Source: a candidate division NC10 bacterium CSP1-5 (lineage in GTDB: Bacteria > Methylomirabilota > Methylomirabilia > Methylomirabilales > CSP1-5). From it: 64,000 nucleotides of DNA. This document shows positions 9,093 to 18,008 of this stretch, piece by piece. The notes beneath the pieces were generated by a model, which searched no databases, was not told the DNA's origin, and was given only the letters and a program-made list of their open reading frames with translations. The position numbers and the translations under genes were made by a program. Position 1 is the first letter of the stretch; each line of letters begins with the position of its first letter. The DNA lies in contig LDXR01000007.1 in NCBI GenBank assembly GCA_001443495.1, positions 51,398 to 115,397 of the forward strand. The letters run 5' to 3'.

Positions 9093-9121
9093 TTGTCCTC
9101 CTTCTGTCTCTCGGTTATGAT
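9093..9121 (+). promoter_or_regulatory. Putative sigma-70-type promoter of nth (implies a leaderless or near-leaderless mRNA)
   Basis: TTGTCC-17 nt-TATGAT ends 8 nt before ATG 9130. There is no Shine-Dalgarno sequence in between. Confidence 0.4.
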
Positions 9122-9129
9122 GAACGGCG

Positions 9130-9786
9130 ATGAAAGAGACCGACATTGACGCGATTGTGCGCGCCCTGAAACGGACAGTGCGGCAGTGGAACCCTACCGC
9201 TGTGGGACAGGTAGCCGCAGAATCCCGCGACCCCTTCCGCATCCTAATCTCGTGCCTCCTGAGCCTTCGGACCAAGGACGCGGTGACCGGCGGTGCCTCG
9301 GCCCGTCTCTTCCGACGCGCCGACACGCCGGCCACGATCCTCGCCCTTCGCGAAGCCACAATCGCCAGGCTGATCTATCCGGTCGGCTTCTACCGCACCA
9401 AGGCCAAAGTGATCCGCGGGGTCTGCCGGACCCTCATCGCAGAATACAGTGGCCGGGTGCCCGATGACCTTGATGAGCTCTTGAAGTTCAAAGGGGTCGG
9501 GCGGAAGACGGCCAATCTGGTGGTCTCGATCGGCTACGGCAAGCCGGGGATCTGCGTGGACACCCATGTCCATCGGATCTCGAACCGCTGGGGATATGTG
9601 AAAACCCGCACGCCCGAAGAGACGGAGCAGGCGCTGCGACGGAAGCTCCCCCGGCGACACTGGATCGTCTTCAACGATCTCCTGGTCAGCTTCGGCCAGA
9701 ACATCTGCAAGCCGATCTCGCCCTTCTGTAGCCGCTGCCCCGTCGAGCGGTACTGCGCCAAGGTGGGGGTCACGAAGCACCGATGA
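9130..9786 (+). CDS. nth: Endonuclease III (DNA glycosylase/AP lyase)
   Basis: The HhH-GPD core is LLKFKGVGRKTANLVV and ...VDTHVHRISNRWG. The C-terminus has the 4Fe-4S loop CKPISPFCSRCPVERYC. Confidence 0.95.
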   Translation: MKETDIDAIVRALKRTVRQWNPTAVGQVAAESRDPFRILISCLLSLRTKDAVTGGASARLFRRADTPATILALREATIARLIYPVGFYRTKAKVIRGVCRTLIAEYSGRVPDDLDELLKFKGVGRKTANLVVSIGYGKPGICVDTHVHRISNRWGYVKTRTPEETEQALRRKLPRRHWIVFNDLLVSFGQNICKPISPFCSRCPVERYCAKVGVTKHR

Positions 9787-9826
9787 CCGATAGAGAGTGA
9801 CGAGGACTGAGGGCCGAGATGTGACG

Positions 9827-11659
9827 ATGAGGAGGTATATGCGGCGAGGAGCGATCATACTCGCTCTGCTCGTGCCGCTACTGGCGGCGGCAACGAGGGG
9901 CGAGGAGGTCATTACGGCGGACGCTCTGCTCGGTCAGGTCCGGATCGTGGCGTCGCCGGCAATGGCCGGCCGCGGGGTCGGAACGCCTGGAATCGAGAAG
10001 GCAGCGGAGCATATTTCCAGAGAGTTTCAACAGGCGGGGCTGAAACCCGGTGGAACGCAAGGATACCGGCAGACCTTCGAGGTGATCACCGGCGTCCGGG
10101 TGGGGCCCGAAACCCGAATGCGTGTGTTCCCGGAGGGACCTGACCCGGAGAAATCGGAGACCCTCGCCAGGACCCTGTTTACCCCCTTTGGCTTCTCCGA
10201 AGATGGTGCCGTTGAAGGGGAGGTCGTCTTTGCGGGATACGGCATCACGGCGCCGGAACTGAACTACGATGACTACGCTGGCATCGATATAACGGACAAG
10301 ATCGTCCTCGTCATAACCCATGAGCCACGGGAGAAGGATGAGAAGAGCCCCTTCCGACATCCCGACGCCTATCGGTATACCGAGGTGCGTTACAAGGCCA
10401 TCAATGCCAGGGAACACGGGGCCAGGGCCATCATCGTTGTGGAAGACCCGTTAGGTCATACGGATCAGCCGGAAGAGCTGTTCGGTATCCGAGGCGTAGC
10501 GGGGGGGAGCCGGGCCGGGATTATCGCGGTGAATGCCAAACGGTCTGTGGCTGAGACCCTGCTCAAGCGAACCGGCAAGACCTTGGTCCAGTTACAGCAA
10601 ACCATTGATCGAGCTTTGACCCCTCAAAGCTTCGTGATCCCACGCTCCCGGGTGGCGATCCAGGTCAGGCTCATTGAAGAGCGAGGGACCGCCGCCAATA
10701 TCATCGGCATCCTCCCAGGAAGTGATCCGGTCCTGCGAGAGACCACCCTTGTCGTGGGCGCGCACTACGACCACCTGGGTCTCGGAGGAGAATACTCTCT
10801 GGCACCCTCGCAGTACGGCGAGATTCACCCCGGCGCCGACGACAATGCCTCGGGGACGGCGGCCCTCATCCTCCTCGCCAGGGCCTTCGCGAAATCCGGC
10901 GGAGCCAAGCGGACCCTGATCTTTGCCGCCTTCTCCGCCGAGGAGATGGGGATCGTGGGCTCCTCCCATTACACCAAGCATCCCCGGATCCCACTGGAGA
11001 AGACTGTGGCCATGGTCAACCTCGATATGATCGGCCGCCTCAAGGACCGGACCCTCTATGTTTTCGGGGTCAAGACGGGGAAGGAGTTCGCCGACCTGCT
11101 GGAAAAGGTGAATCGCGACCGTAACCTGATCCTGAAGTTCGGTGGAGGCGGGTATGGTCCTTCGGATCATACCAGTTTCTATACGCGAAAGATTCCGGTC
11201 CTCTTCTTCTTCACCGGGCCTCACGGCGACTATCACAGGCCTTCAGACACGGCGGACAAGATCGATGCAGACGGGCTCGCCGAGGTCAGCCGCTTCGTGT
11301 ATCGGATCATCGAGCACCTGGCCAATCGCGCCGACCCGGTCACGTATGTGCGGGTGGAAGAGCCTCCAGGGGGAGGAGGGAGTGGGGGATACGGGGCCTA
11401 CTTTGGGTCGATCCCCGACTTCGGCTCGCCGGACGAGGAGGGCGTCCGGCTGACCGGGATCCGTCCGGGAAGCCCGGCGGAGAAGGCGGGTCTTCGAGAA
11501 GGGGATGTCATCGTAAGAATGGCTGGGGTGCGCATCAAGAATCTCCACGACCTCGTCTATGTCCTGCGCTCCAAGCGGGCCGGCGACACCGCGGAGGTCG
11601 TCTTCCTGCGGAGCGGCCACGAGTTCAATGCGACCGCCACCCTCGAACAGCGCCGCTAA
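9827..11659 (+). CDS. Secreted M28-family aminopeptidase with a PA domain and a C-terminal PDZ domain
   Basis: The signal peptide is RRGAIILALLVPLLAAA. M28 metal-ligand regions are HYDHLG, ...GADDNASG..., ...SAEEMGIVGS... and ...GPSDHTSF. The PDZ-like tail is GVRLTGIRPGSPAEKAGLREGDVIV. Confidence 0.85.
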   Translation: MRRYMRRGAIILALLVPLLAAATRGEEVITADALLGQVRIVASPAMAGRGVGTPGIEKAAEHISREFQQAGLKPGGTQGYRQTFEVITGVRVGPETRMRVFPEGPDPEKSETLARTLFTPFGFSEDGAVEGEVVFAGYGITAPELNYDDYAGIDITDKIVLVITHEPREKDEKSPFRHPDAYRYTEVRYKAINAREHGARAIIVVEDPLGHTDQPEELFGIRGVAGGSRAGIIAVNAKRSVAETLLKRTGKTLVQLQQTIDRALTPQSFVIPRSRVAIQVRLIEERGTAANIIGILPGSDPVLRETTLVVGAHYDHLGLGGEYSLAPSQYGEIHPGADDNASGTAALILLARAFAKSGGAKRTLIFAAFSAEEMGIVGSSHYTKHPRIPLEKTVAMVNLDMIGRLKDRTLYVFGVKTGKEFADLLEKVNRDRNLILKFGGGGYGPSDHTSFYTRKIPVLFFFTGPHGDYHRPSDTADKIDADGLAEVSRFVYRIIEHLANRADPVTYVRVEEPPGGGGSGGYGAYFGSIPDFGSPDEEGVRLTGIRPGSPAEKAGLREGDVIVRMAGVRIKNLHDLVYVLRSKRAGDTAEVVFLRSGHEFNATATLEQRR

Positions 11660-11817
11660 CCGTGCTTGACGTGATGCCCGGTCCGTTCTGCGCATCCTGT
11701 CTTCCGTTTGGGGACGACGATCCGAAAGTTGCACAAACATCGACACGACGCGATAGTTACACGGCGGCTCTGGTGTCACTTGCCCTCGCCGTATGTGCTC
11801 CGTGAACGGCTTAACGC

Positions 11818-12441
11818 TCACGCTTCGTAAAAGCCTTCGGGTTCCGGGAGGCTGGCGAGGCGGAAGGCCCGTTGGCGGGCGAGGCATTGGGCACAGGCCC
11901 CGCAGTGCCGTTCCCCTCCCAGGAGGCAGCTATAGGTCTTCGAGAAATCGACGCCGAGATCCGTCCCGAGCAGCACGACTTCGTGTTTTCGGAGGGTGAT
12001 GAGCGGTGTCGCGATCTCAAACCTCTTGTCGAGGGTCACCGCCATCGCCCGGAACGATTCGATGAATCCCTGCGTGGAGGCGGGGTGATCTTCGGTATCG
12101 TCACGGTTGATTGAGAGGCAGATGCGCGTGCAGAGGCGCTCGTGCGCGTACGAGAGCGCGATCGCCAGGATCACGAGGTTTCGGTGGGGAAAGGGCACAT
12201 CGCGGTCTTTTCTCGCCCGTTGCCTAAAACCCTCGCCCAGCGAGGACGCATCGAGTGTCTCCAGAGTCAGGCCCCGGGCCTTCGCTTGCGCCTCGCAACT
12301 CAAGCGCTCCATCCGCGCGCCGCGCTGGCCATAATCGATGTGCACCGGGACAACGGTGAAGCCCTCCTTGACCTCCCGGGCCAGCAGCGTGGAGCTGTCG
12401 ACACCCCCGCTGAAGAGGACAAGACTTCGCTCTGCCGTCAT
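11818..12441 (-). CDS. Divergent QueC-like PP-loop ATPase (7-cyano-7-deazaguanine synthase family)
   Basis: The PP-loop is [18 protein letters not shown] and the C-terminal Zn-Cys cluster [20 protein letters not shown] are present. The SGYPDCR region that I recall from canonical QueC reads TEDHPAST here. ATG 12441 overlaps the upstream stop as ATGA. Confidence 0.7.
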   Translation of the reverse strand: MTAERSLVLFSGGVDSSTLLAREVKEGFTVVPVHIDYGQRGARMERLSCEAQAKARGLTLETLDASSLGEGFRQRARKDRDVPFPHRNLVILAIALSYAHERLCTRICLSINRDDTEDHPASTQGFIESFRAMAVTLDKRFEIATPLITLRKHEVVLLGTDLGVDFSKTYSCLLGGERHCGACAQCLARQRAFRLASLPEPEGFYEA

Positions 12442-13004
12442 GCCCTGCTGTCCCAGGTAACGTCCGGCGTTCCCCGCCGCGTATTTTCGTAGCGAGCCAT
12501 CACGAAAAGCGCATCCGAGAGTCGGTTGAGGTACTTGATGGCGAAGGGGCCCACGGCCTCCTTTCGACTCAGGGCGATCACCAGTCGCTCTGCGCGGCGG
12601 CACACGGTGCGCGCGACATGCAGGTGGGCGGCGCCCGGTGAGCCGCCCGGCAGGACGAAGTTTTCCAGAGGGCTGAGTTCCGCCGACAGGCGATCCATCG
12701 ACTGCTCCAGCGCATCGACGTGGCGCTGCTCGATCTGCGGCACCTTGAAGCGTGCTTTGTCCTCTTCCGGAATGCACAGGTCGGAGCCCAGGTGGAACAA
12801 GTCGTTTTGGATCCGCGCCAGCTCGCCTTGGAGAATCGGATCGAGACCGGTGGCCACCGCGGCGCCGATATGGGAGTTCAACTCATCGACCGTTCCGTAG
12901 GCCTCGATGCGCGGCGAGTCCTTCGGGACCCGCCTCCGGGTGCCCAGGCCGGTCGTGCCGTCGTCCCCGGTGCGGGTATAGACCTTTGTAATTCGTGGCA
13001 TCAC
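12438..13004 (-). CDS. PduO-type ATP:cob(I)alamin adenosyltransferase
   Basis: [14 protein letters not shown], ...[16 protein letters not shown] and ...[25 protein letters not shown] are hallmark PduO/MMAB motifs. Confidence 0.9.
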   Translation of the reverse strand: MMPRITKVYTRTGDDGTTGLGTRRRVPKDSPRIEAYGTVDELNSHIGAAVATGLDPILQGELARIQNDLFHLGSDLCIPEEDKARFKVPQIEQRHVDALEQSMDRLSAELSPLENFVLPGGSPGAAHLHVARTVCRRAERLVIALSRKEAVGPFAIKYLNRLSDALFVMARYENTRRGTPDVTWDSRA

Positions 13005-13209
13005 CGCATCTCCTTCTCACGCGCGTCTTTTGGTCTCGGGGGCTACCGCGGCTTTATTCTAGCAGTAAAGACAATCCTGCCCCTCAGTTTTTCCGATCCC
13101 GCCCTGGCGCTAGAGATCATCCTTTCTCTGGTGGAGGTTTTCGAGGGGCGTGTGAGGCACAGAGGAAGGCCGGTTGTAAGGAAGAAGACCGTGTGGCTCG
13201 TACCCGCCT

Positions 13210-13581
13210 TTAGATTTCTAAGTCCGCTCCTCGCGTCCACACCCGGCCATTGCCGAAAAAGAATCGCAGGAGCTTGCCGATGCGGCCCTCTTCCCCCTCT
13301 TCGAGCTCAAAGATCGCCGTCCCAAGGTAGTGGTGGTCGTCGCCCTGATCACGGGCTTCTCGGGAGTCGTAGAACACGACCATGGCGATCTGATCCTTGG
13401 ACGAGCAGACCACTCGCCTTTCATGGCACGTGACGACCATCGTGGTGTACAGGCCTCCAAACTGATGGAGGTATTCACCGACGATCGGGGGAATTCCGAG
13501 GTGAGCCGGGGCTTTGTCGTGGCCAGCATATGCGGGAGAAGCCAGAAAGATCGTGAATGCGAACAGCAATATCTTTTTCAC
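13210..13581 (-). CDS. Small exported hypothetical protein
   Basis: The signal peptide is MKKILLFAFTIFLASPAYA. I recognise no domain. Confidence 0.6.
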   Translation of the reverse strand: MKKILLFAFTIFLASPAYAGHDKAPAHLGIPPIVGEYLHQFGGLYTTMVVTCHERRVVCSSKDQIAMVVFYDSREARDQGDDHHYLGTAIFELEEGEEGRIGKLLRFFFGNGRVWTRGADLEI

Positions 13582-14096
13582 CGTGTCTCCATCCTCTATG
13601 TCGGGCTTCGCGTCTTCATTGGGTGCCCAAACTTCGTTATTGCAAATTCGATACCATAGGCTTCAAGCTAAGCAATTTCCTATAGTTCCCAAATTTTTGC
13701 ACGGCACCGCATACCCGTGCCCGTCCGGATTTCAGTCGTATCGTGCCGTGTACAAGCGTGGTCGGCCTGATTCGGCCAGCTCGGTCTGGAGGGGGTAGCC
13801 GCTCGTCGGGAGCAAGAGAACACTCTGTCCTTGGCCTACTCGTCGCTATTTGATTCTCCAGGCCAGCTTTGATAGACAGGAGGAGTGGATCTGGCGATGG
13901 TGCAGCGGCGGCTCGTCTCTGGCGCTTTGGGCGCTACGCAACCCTTCCGGCTGCCCATGGTGCTGCGACTCATCCTCAGCCTGCCGATCCTCCGCAACCT
14001 CCCCGGACGCCTTATCGGCCTCGGTGTCTGGCGCGTGCACGTAGAGACTGGCCCTTCCCCCTCAAGACCCTAGATTGGACATCCCACATTTAGTGC

Positions 14097-14141
14097 TTGA
14101 CAAGAAATGTGGCTCCATTTATGTTTAACCATATGGTTAAA
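14097..14141 (+). promoter_or_regulatory. Promoter plus palindromic operator of the arsR-family operon
   Basis: TTGACA (14097..14102), a 17-nt spacer and TATGTT (14120..14125) form the promoter. A perfect 18-nt palindrome TTTAACCATATGGTTAAA (14124..14141) overlaps the -10 box and the ATG at 14133. Confidence 0.5.
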
Positions 14142-14477
14142 TATACTAGCCATCTCGACGCCACGTTCTCAGCCCTCGCCGATCCGACTCGTCGGGCGAT
14201 CGTCGCGCGCCTAAGTCGGGGGGAGTGCTCGGTCACCAACCTGGCGCAGCCGTTCGACGTGTCCCTGCCCGCCATTTCCAAGCACCTGCGAGTCCTAGAG
14301 AAGGCGGGTCTTCTTGCCCGCCGAAGGGAGGGCCGGGTGCACCGGTGCCGCCTGGTGACCCGCCCACTGAAGAACGCCGAAGAGTGGATCGCCCGCTACC
14401 GGCAATTCTGGGAACAGCGCCTGGACGCCCTTGCGGAATACCTGGAGGAATCGCGAAAAAAGAAGGAGGGACGGTGA
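14133..14477 (+). CDS. ArsR/SmtB-family transcriptional regulator
   Basis: FSALADPTRRAIVARLSRGECSVTNLAQPFDVSLPAISKHLRVLEKAGLL is a winged-HTH sequence. The start is either 14133 (leaderless, given the promoter above) or ATG 14121. Confidence 0.9.
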   Translation: MVKYTSHLDATFSALADPTRRAIVARLSRGECSVTNLAQPFDVSLPAISKHLRVLEKAGLLARRREGRVHRCRLVTRPLKNAEEWIARYRQFWEQRLDALAEYLEESRKKKEGR

Positions 14478-14926
14478 TGCCGAGTGCAAGAGCAAAACAG
14501 GAGACGACCTTGCGTCTTACCCGAACCCTCAAGGCCGCCCGGGAGAAGGTCTTTCGCGCCTGGACGGACCCGGCAGCGCTCAAGAAGTGGTTTGCCCCCG
14601 GGGACGACTATGCCACGCCGATCGCCGAGGTGGACCTGCGCGTCGGTGGCCGATACCGCATCCAGATCCGGTCTCCTCAGGGGAAGCTTCATACGGTTGT
14701 GGGCGCGTACCGGGAGGTCAAACCACCGGAAAAGCTCGTCTTCACGTGGTCCTGGCAGGAAGGGGGCATGGATGTCGGCGAGACGTTGGTGACGGTCGAA
14801 TTCCGCGATCGGGGGAATAGCACCGAGCTGATTCTGACGCATGAGTTGTTCCCGACCGCCGAAACGCGGGACGAGCACACCAAGGGTTGGACCGGATGTC
14901 TCGACCGACTCCCCACAGCCCTGTAA
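14477..14926 (+). CDS. SRPBCC/AHSA1-domain protein
   Basis: The ATG overlaps the arsR TGA as TGATG. The pattern LRLTRTLKAAREKVFRAWTDPAALKKWF...VGGRYRI...VVGAYREVKPPEKLVFTW is typical of Aha1/SRPBCC proteins paired with ArsR. Confidence 0.85.
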   Translation: MPSARAKQETTLRLTRTLKAAREKVFRAWTDPAALKKWFAPGDDYATPIAEVDLRVGGRYRIQIRSPQGKLHTVVGAYREVKPPEKLVFTWSWQEGGMDVGETLVTVEFRDRGNSTELILTHELFPTAETRDEHTKGWTGCLDRLPTAL

Positions 14927-14974
14927 TGGCGGAGGCGAAACAGGGAACGTTCAAAGGAGAAGGAGGAGATCCCA

Positions 14975-15478
14975 ATGACGCGGATGACGGATCCGATTCT
15001 CGCAGAACTTGATCAGGAAGCGGCGACCACCCGGCGAGTGTTGGAGCGGGTCCCGGGGGATAAACTGGGATGGAGGCCTCACCCGAAGTCCATGTCGCTC
15101 GGGCAGCTGGCGCTGCACGTGGCGACCACGCCAGGGCAGGTCGCTGCTTTACTCTCCCAGGGCGAGCTGGAATTGCCGGAGTTCGGCAATGCGCCGGCGG
15201 CCACCACGAGTGCCGAGCTTCTCCCCGCGCTCGAAGAGAGCGTCGGTCGCGCCAGGGCGTTCCTCAACAGCCAGACCGACGACAGCGTCATGTCCACCTG
15301 GAAGCTGATGAAAAACGGGAAGCTCCTGTTCGCCGTACCCCGAATTGGCGCTGTCCGTTCCATCATGCTGAACCACTGGTACCATCATCGGGGCCAGCTC
15401 TCGGTCTATCTCCGGCTGCTGAACATCCCGGTCCCCTCGATCTACGGGCCGAGCGCGGACGAGAACCCCTTCGTGTAG
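14975..15478 (+). CDS. DinB-family (four-helix-bundle metalloenzyme-like) protein
   Basis: ...WRPHPKSMSLGQLALHV... and ...LNHWYHHRGQLSVYLRLL... are present. Confidence 0.85.
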   Translation: MTRMTDPILAELDQEAATTRRVLERVPGDKLGWRPHPKSMSLGQLALHVATTPGQVAALLSQGELELPEFGNAPAATTSAELLPALEESVGRARAFLNSQTDDSVMSTWKLMKNGKLLFAVPRIGAVRSIMLNHWYHHRGQLSVYLRLLNIPVPSIYGPSADENPFV

Positions 15479-15675
15479 GCGCCGGGCGACCCCCCTCAGG
15501 CTCAGGGTGACCGGTTCTTGATCTGAGGCTCTGTCCCGCGACCCGCGATATCGAAGTCCCTGGCTTCCTTCTGTTCCTCTTCTTCTATCAATGCCTTACT
15601 GACCCCTCTTGAGGCCCGAGGCGCAGTCGAAAATTCTTTGCTCGGCGAACCGCTAGCTCTGCTGTTGGGATTCGC

Positions 15676-16389
15676 CTACGCCTTTAATGCGTCGATTGTG
15701 CCCACCAACTCCGTGCAGTCGATGACCGCCCGATCCGTCCGCCTGCACGCGCAGTCGATACAACATTGCAGCTCTCGCACATTTCCCGGCCAGTCATGCT
15801 TCAGGAGGACGCGGTGGGCCGGAAGCGTTATGCCCCGAATATCCCGGCAATACTGCACGTTGAAGCAGTGGATGAAGTGTGCAACGAGCCAGGGGATGTC
15901 CGCCTTCCGCTTGCGGAGGGGGGGCACAGTGATGCTGATGCCAGGCAGGCGACGGAAGAGGTCCGCACGGAATTGTCCTTGCGGCATCGGGGAGAGCAAC
16001 TCCCTAGTCGTCGTTGCAATCACACGGACCCCGGTATGAGAGGCTGCCTGGTGCTTGATAGCGTGAAGGAGCGCGGTCTGCGAGAGCGCCGAGAGCGCGG
16101 CTACTTGCTTCAGAACCACCGTCCCACCGCGGGCGACCTGAGAGGCGCCGTCAAAGAGGTCAACTATCTTGTCCCCGTTCCGGGAATCTGCGGGTAGTGT
16201 CGCGCAGTGTATCAGGACGAGAGGACGGCCCGCCCGGTGCGGGTCTCGGGCATGAATGGCCTGAGCGATCAGGGTCTTTCCTGTCCCCCCCTCCCCGAAT
16301 ACGCAGACAGTTCCTCCTGATGTCGCGAGTGCGCTCACTGAGTGATCAATCTGCCGGATGGCGTTCGACTGGCCCACGATCAGTTTCAT
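15676..16389 (-). CDS. Stand-alone, degenerate sigma-54-activator (bEBP) AAA+ domain protein
   Basis: Walker A is GEGGTGKT. GGTVVLKQV stands where bEBPs have GGTLFLDEI. No GAFTGA loop is present (LFDGASQVARGG). FRADLFRRL and WPGNVREL are retained. There is no receiver or sensor N-terminus and no HTH C-terminus. Confidence 0.8.
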   Translation of the reverse strand: MKLIVGQSNAIRQIDHSVSALATSGGTVCVFGEGGTGKTLIAQAIHARDPHRAGRPLVLIHCATLPADSRNGDKIVDLFDGASQVARGGTVVLKQVAALSALSQTALLHAIKHQAASHTGVRVIATTTRELLSPMPQGQFRADLFRRLPGISITVPPLRKRKADIPWLVAHFIHCFNVQYCRDIRGITLPAHRVLLKHDWPGNVRELQCCIDCACRRTDRAVIDCTELVGTIDALKA

Positions 16390-16439
16390 GGATTCCTCTC
16401 CATAGAAGGGATGTCCTCCGCGGGATGAGATACCTCGGT

Positions 16440-16793
16440 TTACTCAACCCTCGCCTGCTTGGATTCGAGAGACGGTGGGGTTTCGCCAACGAAATGGACC
16501 GCCTCCTTTCCCTTCACGACGTCCGGAGTGATCACCCAGGTCCCTCGACAAGAGGCGCTGGCCACCTTGTCGGCCGTTTCGGGCCCGGCCGCGAGGAGGG
16601 TGAAGCCGCTGCCGATTCCTCCCAGGATGCAGAAAGCCGCCTTGAAGGGGAAGTAAACCGCGGACCCGACCACGCTGCCGACCCCGGTGCCGATTTGAGT
16701 CACGGTGCTCTCTTCGGCCTCTGGCTCTGCCCAACTCGGGGTGGTAAGGGCGAGTAAGCCCAATGTGACCATCACTGCAAGAGCCTGTCTCAT
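16440..16793 (-). CDS. Small exported Gly-rich hypothetical protein
   Basis: ATG 16793 lies 7 nt after AAGGAG. The signal peptide is MRQALAVMVTLGLLALTTPSWA. A hydrophobic Gly-rich core follows (GTGVGSVVGSAVYFPFKAAFCILGGIGSGF). Confidence 0.55.
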   Translation of the reverse strand: MRQALAVMVTLGLLALTTPSWAEPEAEESTVTQIGTGVGSVVGSAVYFPFKAAFCILGGIGSGFTLLAAGPETADKVASASCRGTWVITPDVVKGKEAVHFVGETPPSLESKQARVE

Positions 16794-16818
16794 TTGCCTG
16801 CTCCTTGTCATTTGAAAG

Positions 16819-17361
16819 CTAGCCCTGTTCATCTTGCGCTGCCTGCGGCCGTACCGTCACTTGGACCCGCAGCCGATTACTCGCCTGGCCCTGTCGGTCC
16901 ACGACAAAGACTTCATAGACCCGGATACCGCCAACGGCCCCCTGACGGACCTCTGGCTCCGCCACACTGCCGTCAAATCTGCGCATGGGGAGGGGGCCAG
17001 GAGCTGGGCGCATGGTGACCTTGATAGTCTCCTCCGCCGTCCCCTCCCGGAGGCCCAGGTAGCGGCCGCGACTGATGACGGCAGGGCCAAGCCCCGTGGC
17101 AAGGGTGAAGTCCTTGATCTCCGCGGTGACCCCGAGATAGACGTCAATGATATCGCCCTCCATGTCTCGAAAATCAAAACGCAAAGCCACCTGCGCCCCG
17201 TTTTCCGCATGGGTCGGCTCGATGCGGAGATTGCTGATCCGAGGTACGCCCGGACCGGGGATAGAGGACTCAAAGCTTGTCGCAGCGCAGCCACTGGTCA
17301 ATGCGAGAACAATCGCACATCCCCCAATGGCCAGTGCCCTTTCCTGTTTTCTCATATTCAC
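16819..17361 (-). CDS. Lipoprotein, function unknown
   Basis: The lipobox is AIVLALTSG|C. The beta-rich body has no motif I recognise. Confidence 0.65.
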   Translation of the reverse strand: MNMRKQERALAIGGCAIVLALTSGCAATSFESSIPGPGVPRISNLRIEPTHAENGAQVALRFDFRDMEGDIIDVYLGVTAEIKDFTLATGLGPAVISRGRYLGLREGTAEETIKVTMRPAPGPLPMRRFDGSVAEPEVRQGAVGGIRVYEVFVVDRQGQASNRLRVQVTVRPQAAQDEQG

Positions 17362-17470
17362 CCCCCACCCTCTACGACGGAGCCCAAGATCAACGAAAAC
17401 CGAGAGTCGGAAAGCTCCCCGGGAGGGGGCCGGATGAGGCCCCCTCCCGGAAGCCGAGGGACTGTTGTCA

Positions 17471-17731
17471 CTACTTGAACTTCGTCAGTCCCTCCTGTAT
17501 CGCCTTGATCCCTTCCTCCTGCTTGCCCTCCCGGTGGAGCCTCATGCCCTCCTCGCAGAGCTCCTTGGCCTCCTCATTCTTGGGATCCTTCTTCAACCGA
17601 TCCTGACACTGCTGGTAGAGCTTCGGGGCCTGCGGGTTCTGCAGGGGCCGCTGCTGCTGAGCCCAGCTTGCAGGAACTGCCAGGAAATACAGGCCCAAGA
17701 CCAGCAGGAGTGACAGTGCAACCTTCTTCAT
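17471..17731 (-). CDS. Small exported helical protein, function unknown
   Basis: AAGGAGG precedes the ATG. The signal peptide is MKKVALSLLLVLGLYFLAVPASWA. The mature part is rich in Lys, Glu and Gln. Confidence 0.6.
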   Translation of the reverse strand: MKKVALSLLLVLGLYFLAVPASWAQQQRPLQNPQAPKLYQQCQDRLKKDPKNEEAKELCEEGMRLHREGKQEEGIKAIQEGLTKFK

Positions 17732-18008
17732 TGTGACCTCCTTGGATAAACATCGGTGACGGTTTACCTGCTTTCATCCTTGAGTTCGATAACCTGCCTC
17801 CGCGTCCTCACCTCCTTTCTCCGGCTCTTCCATCCCCCGAGCCCCGGCGTTTTCGGTTGGTATTCCGCGGTTCTGTCGGAAGGATAGGGAACCGAGCAAG
17901 GAACCACAATCGGGGTGAAACCTGATATCGCTGAGGGAAAAACCTGAAAGGAGGGGAGGGTGGAGGCCGAGAAGTGAATGGTGATGGGTATTGTGGCGCG
18001 TGTTTCTC

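Noticed and set aside
13885-14073. A 58-62 codon ORF (MVQRRLVSGALGATQPFRLPMVLRLILSLPILRNLPGRLIGLGVWRVHVE...) near an AGGAGG.
   Set aside because: The spacing from the Shine-Dalgarno sequence to either start codon is poor. The sequence looks like the C-terminal remnant of an oxidoreductase rather than a complete gene, and I cannot support it.
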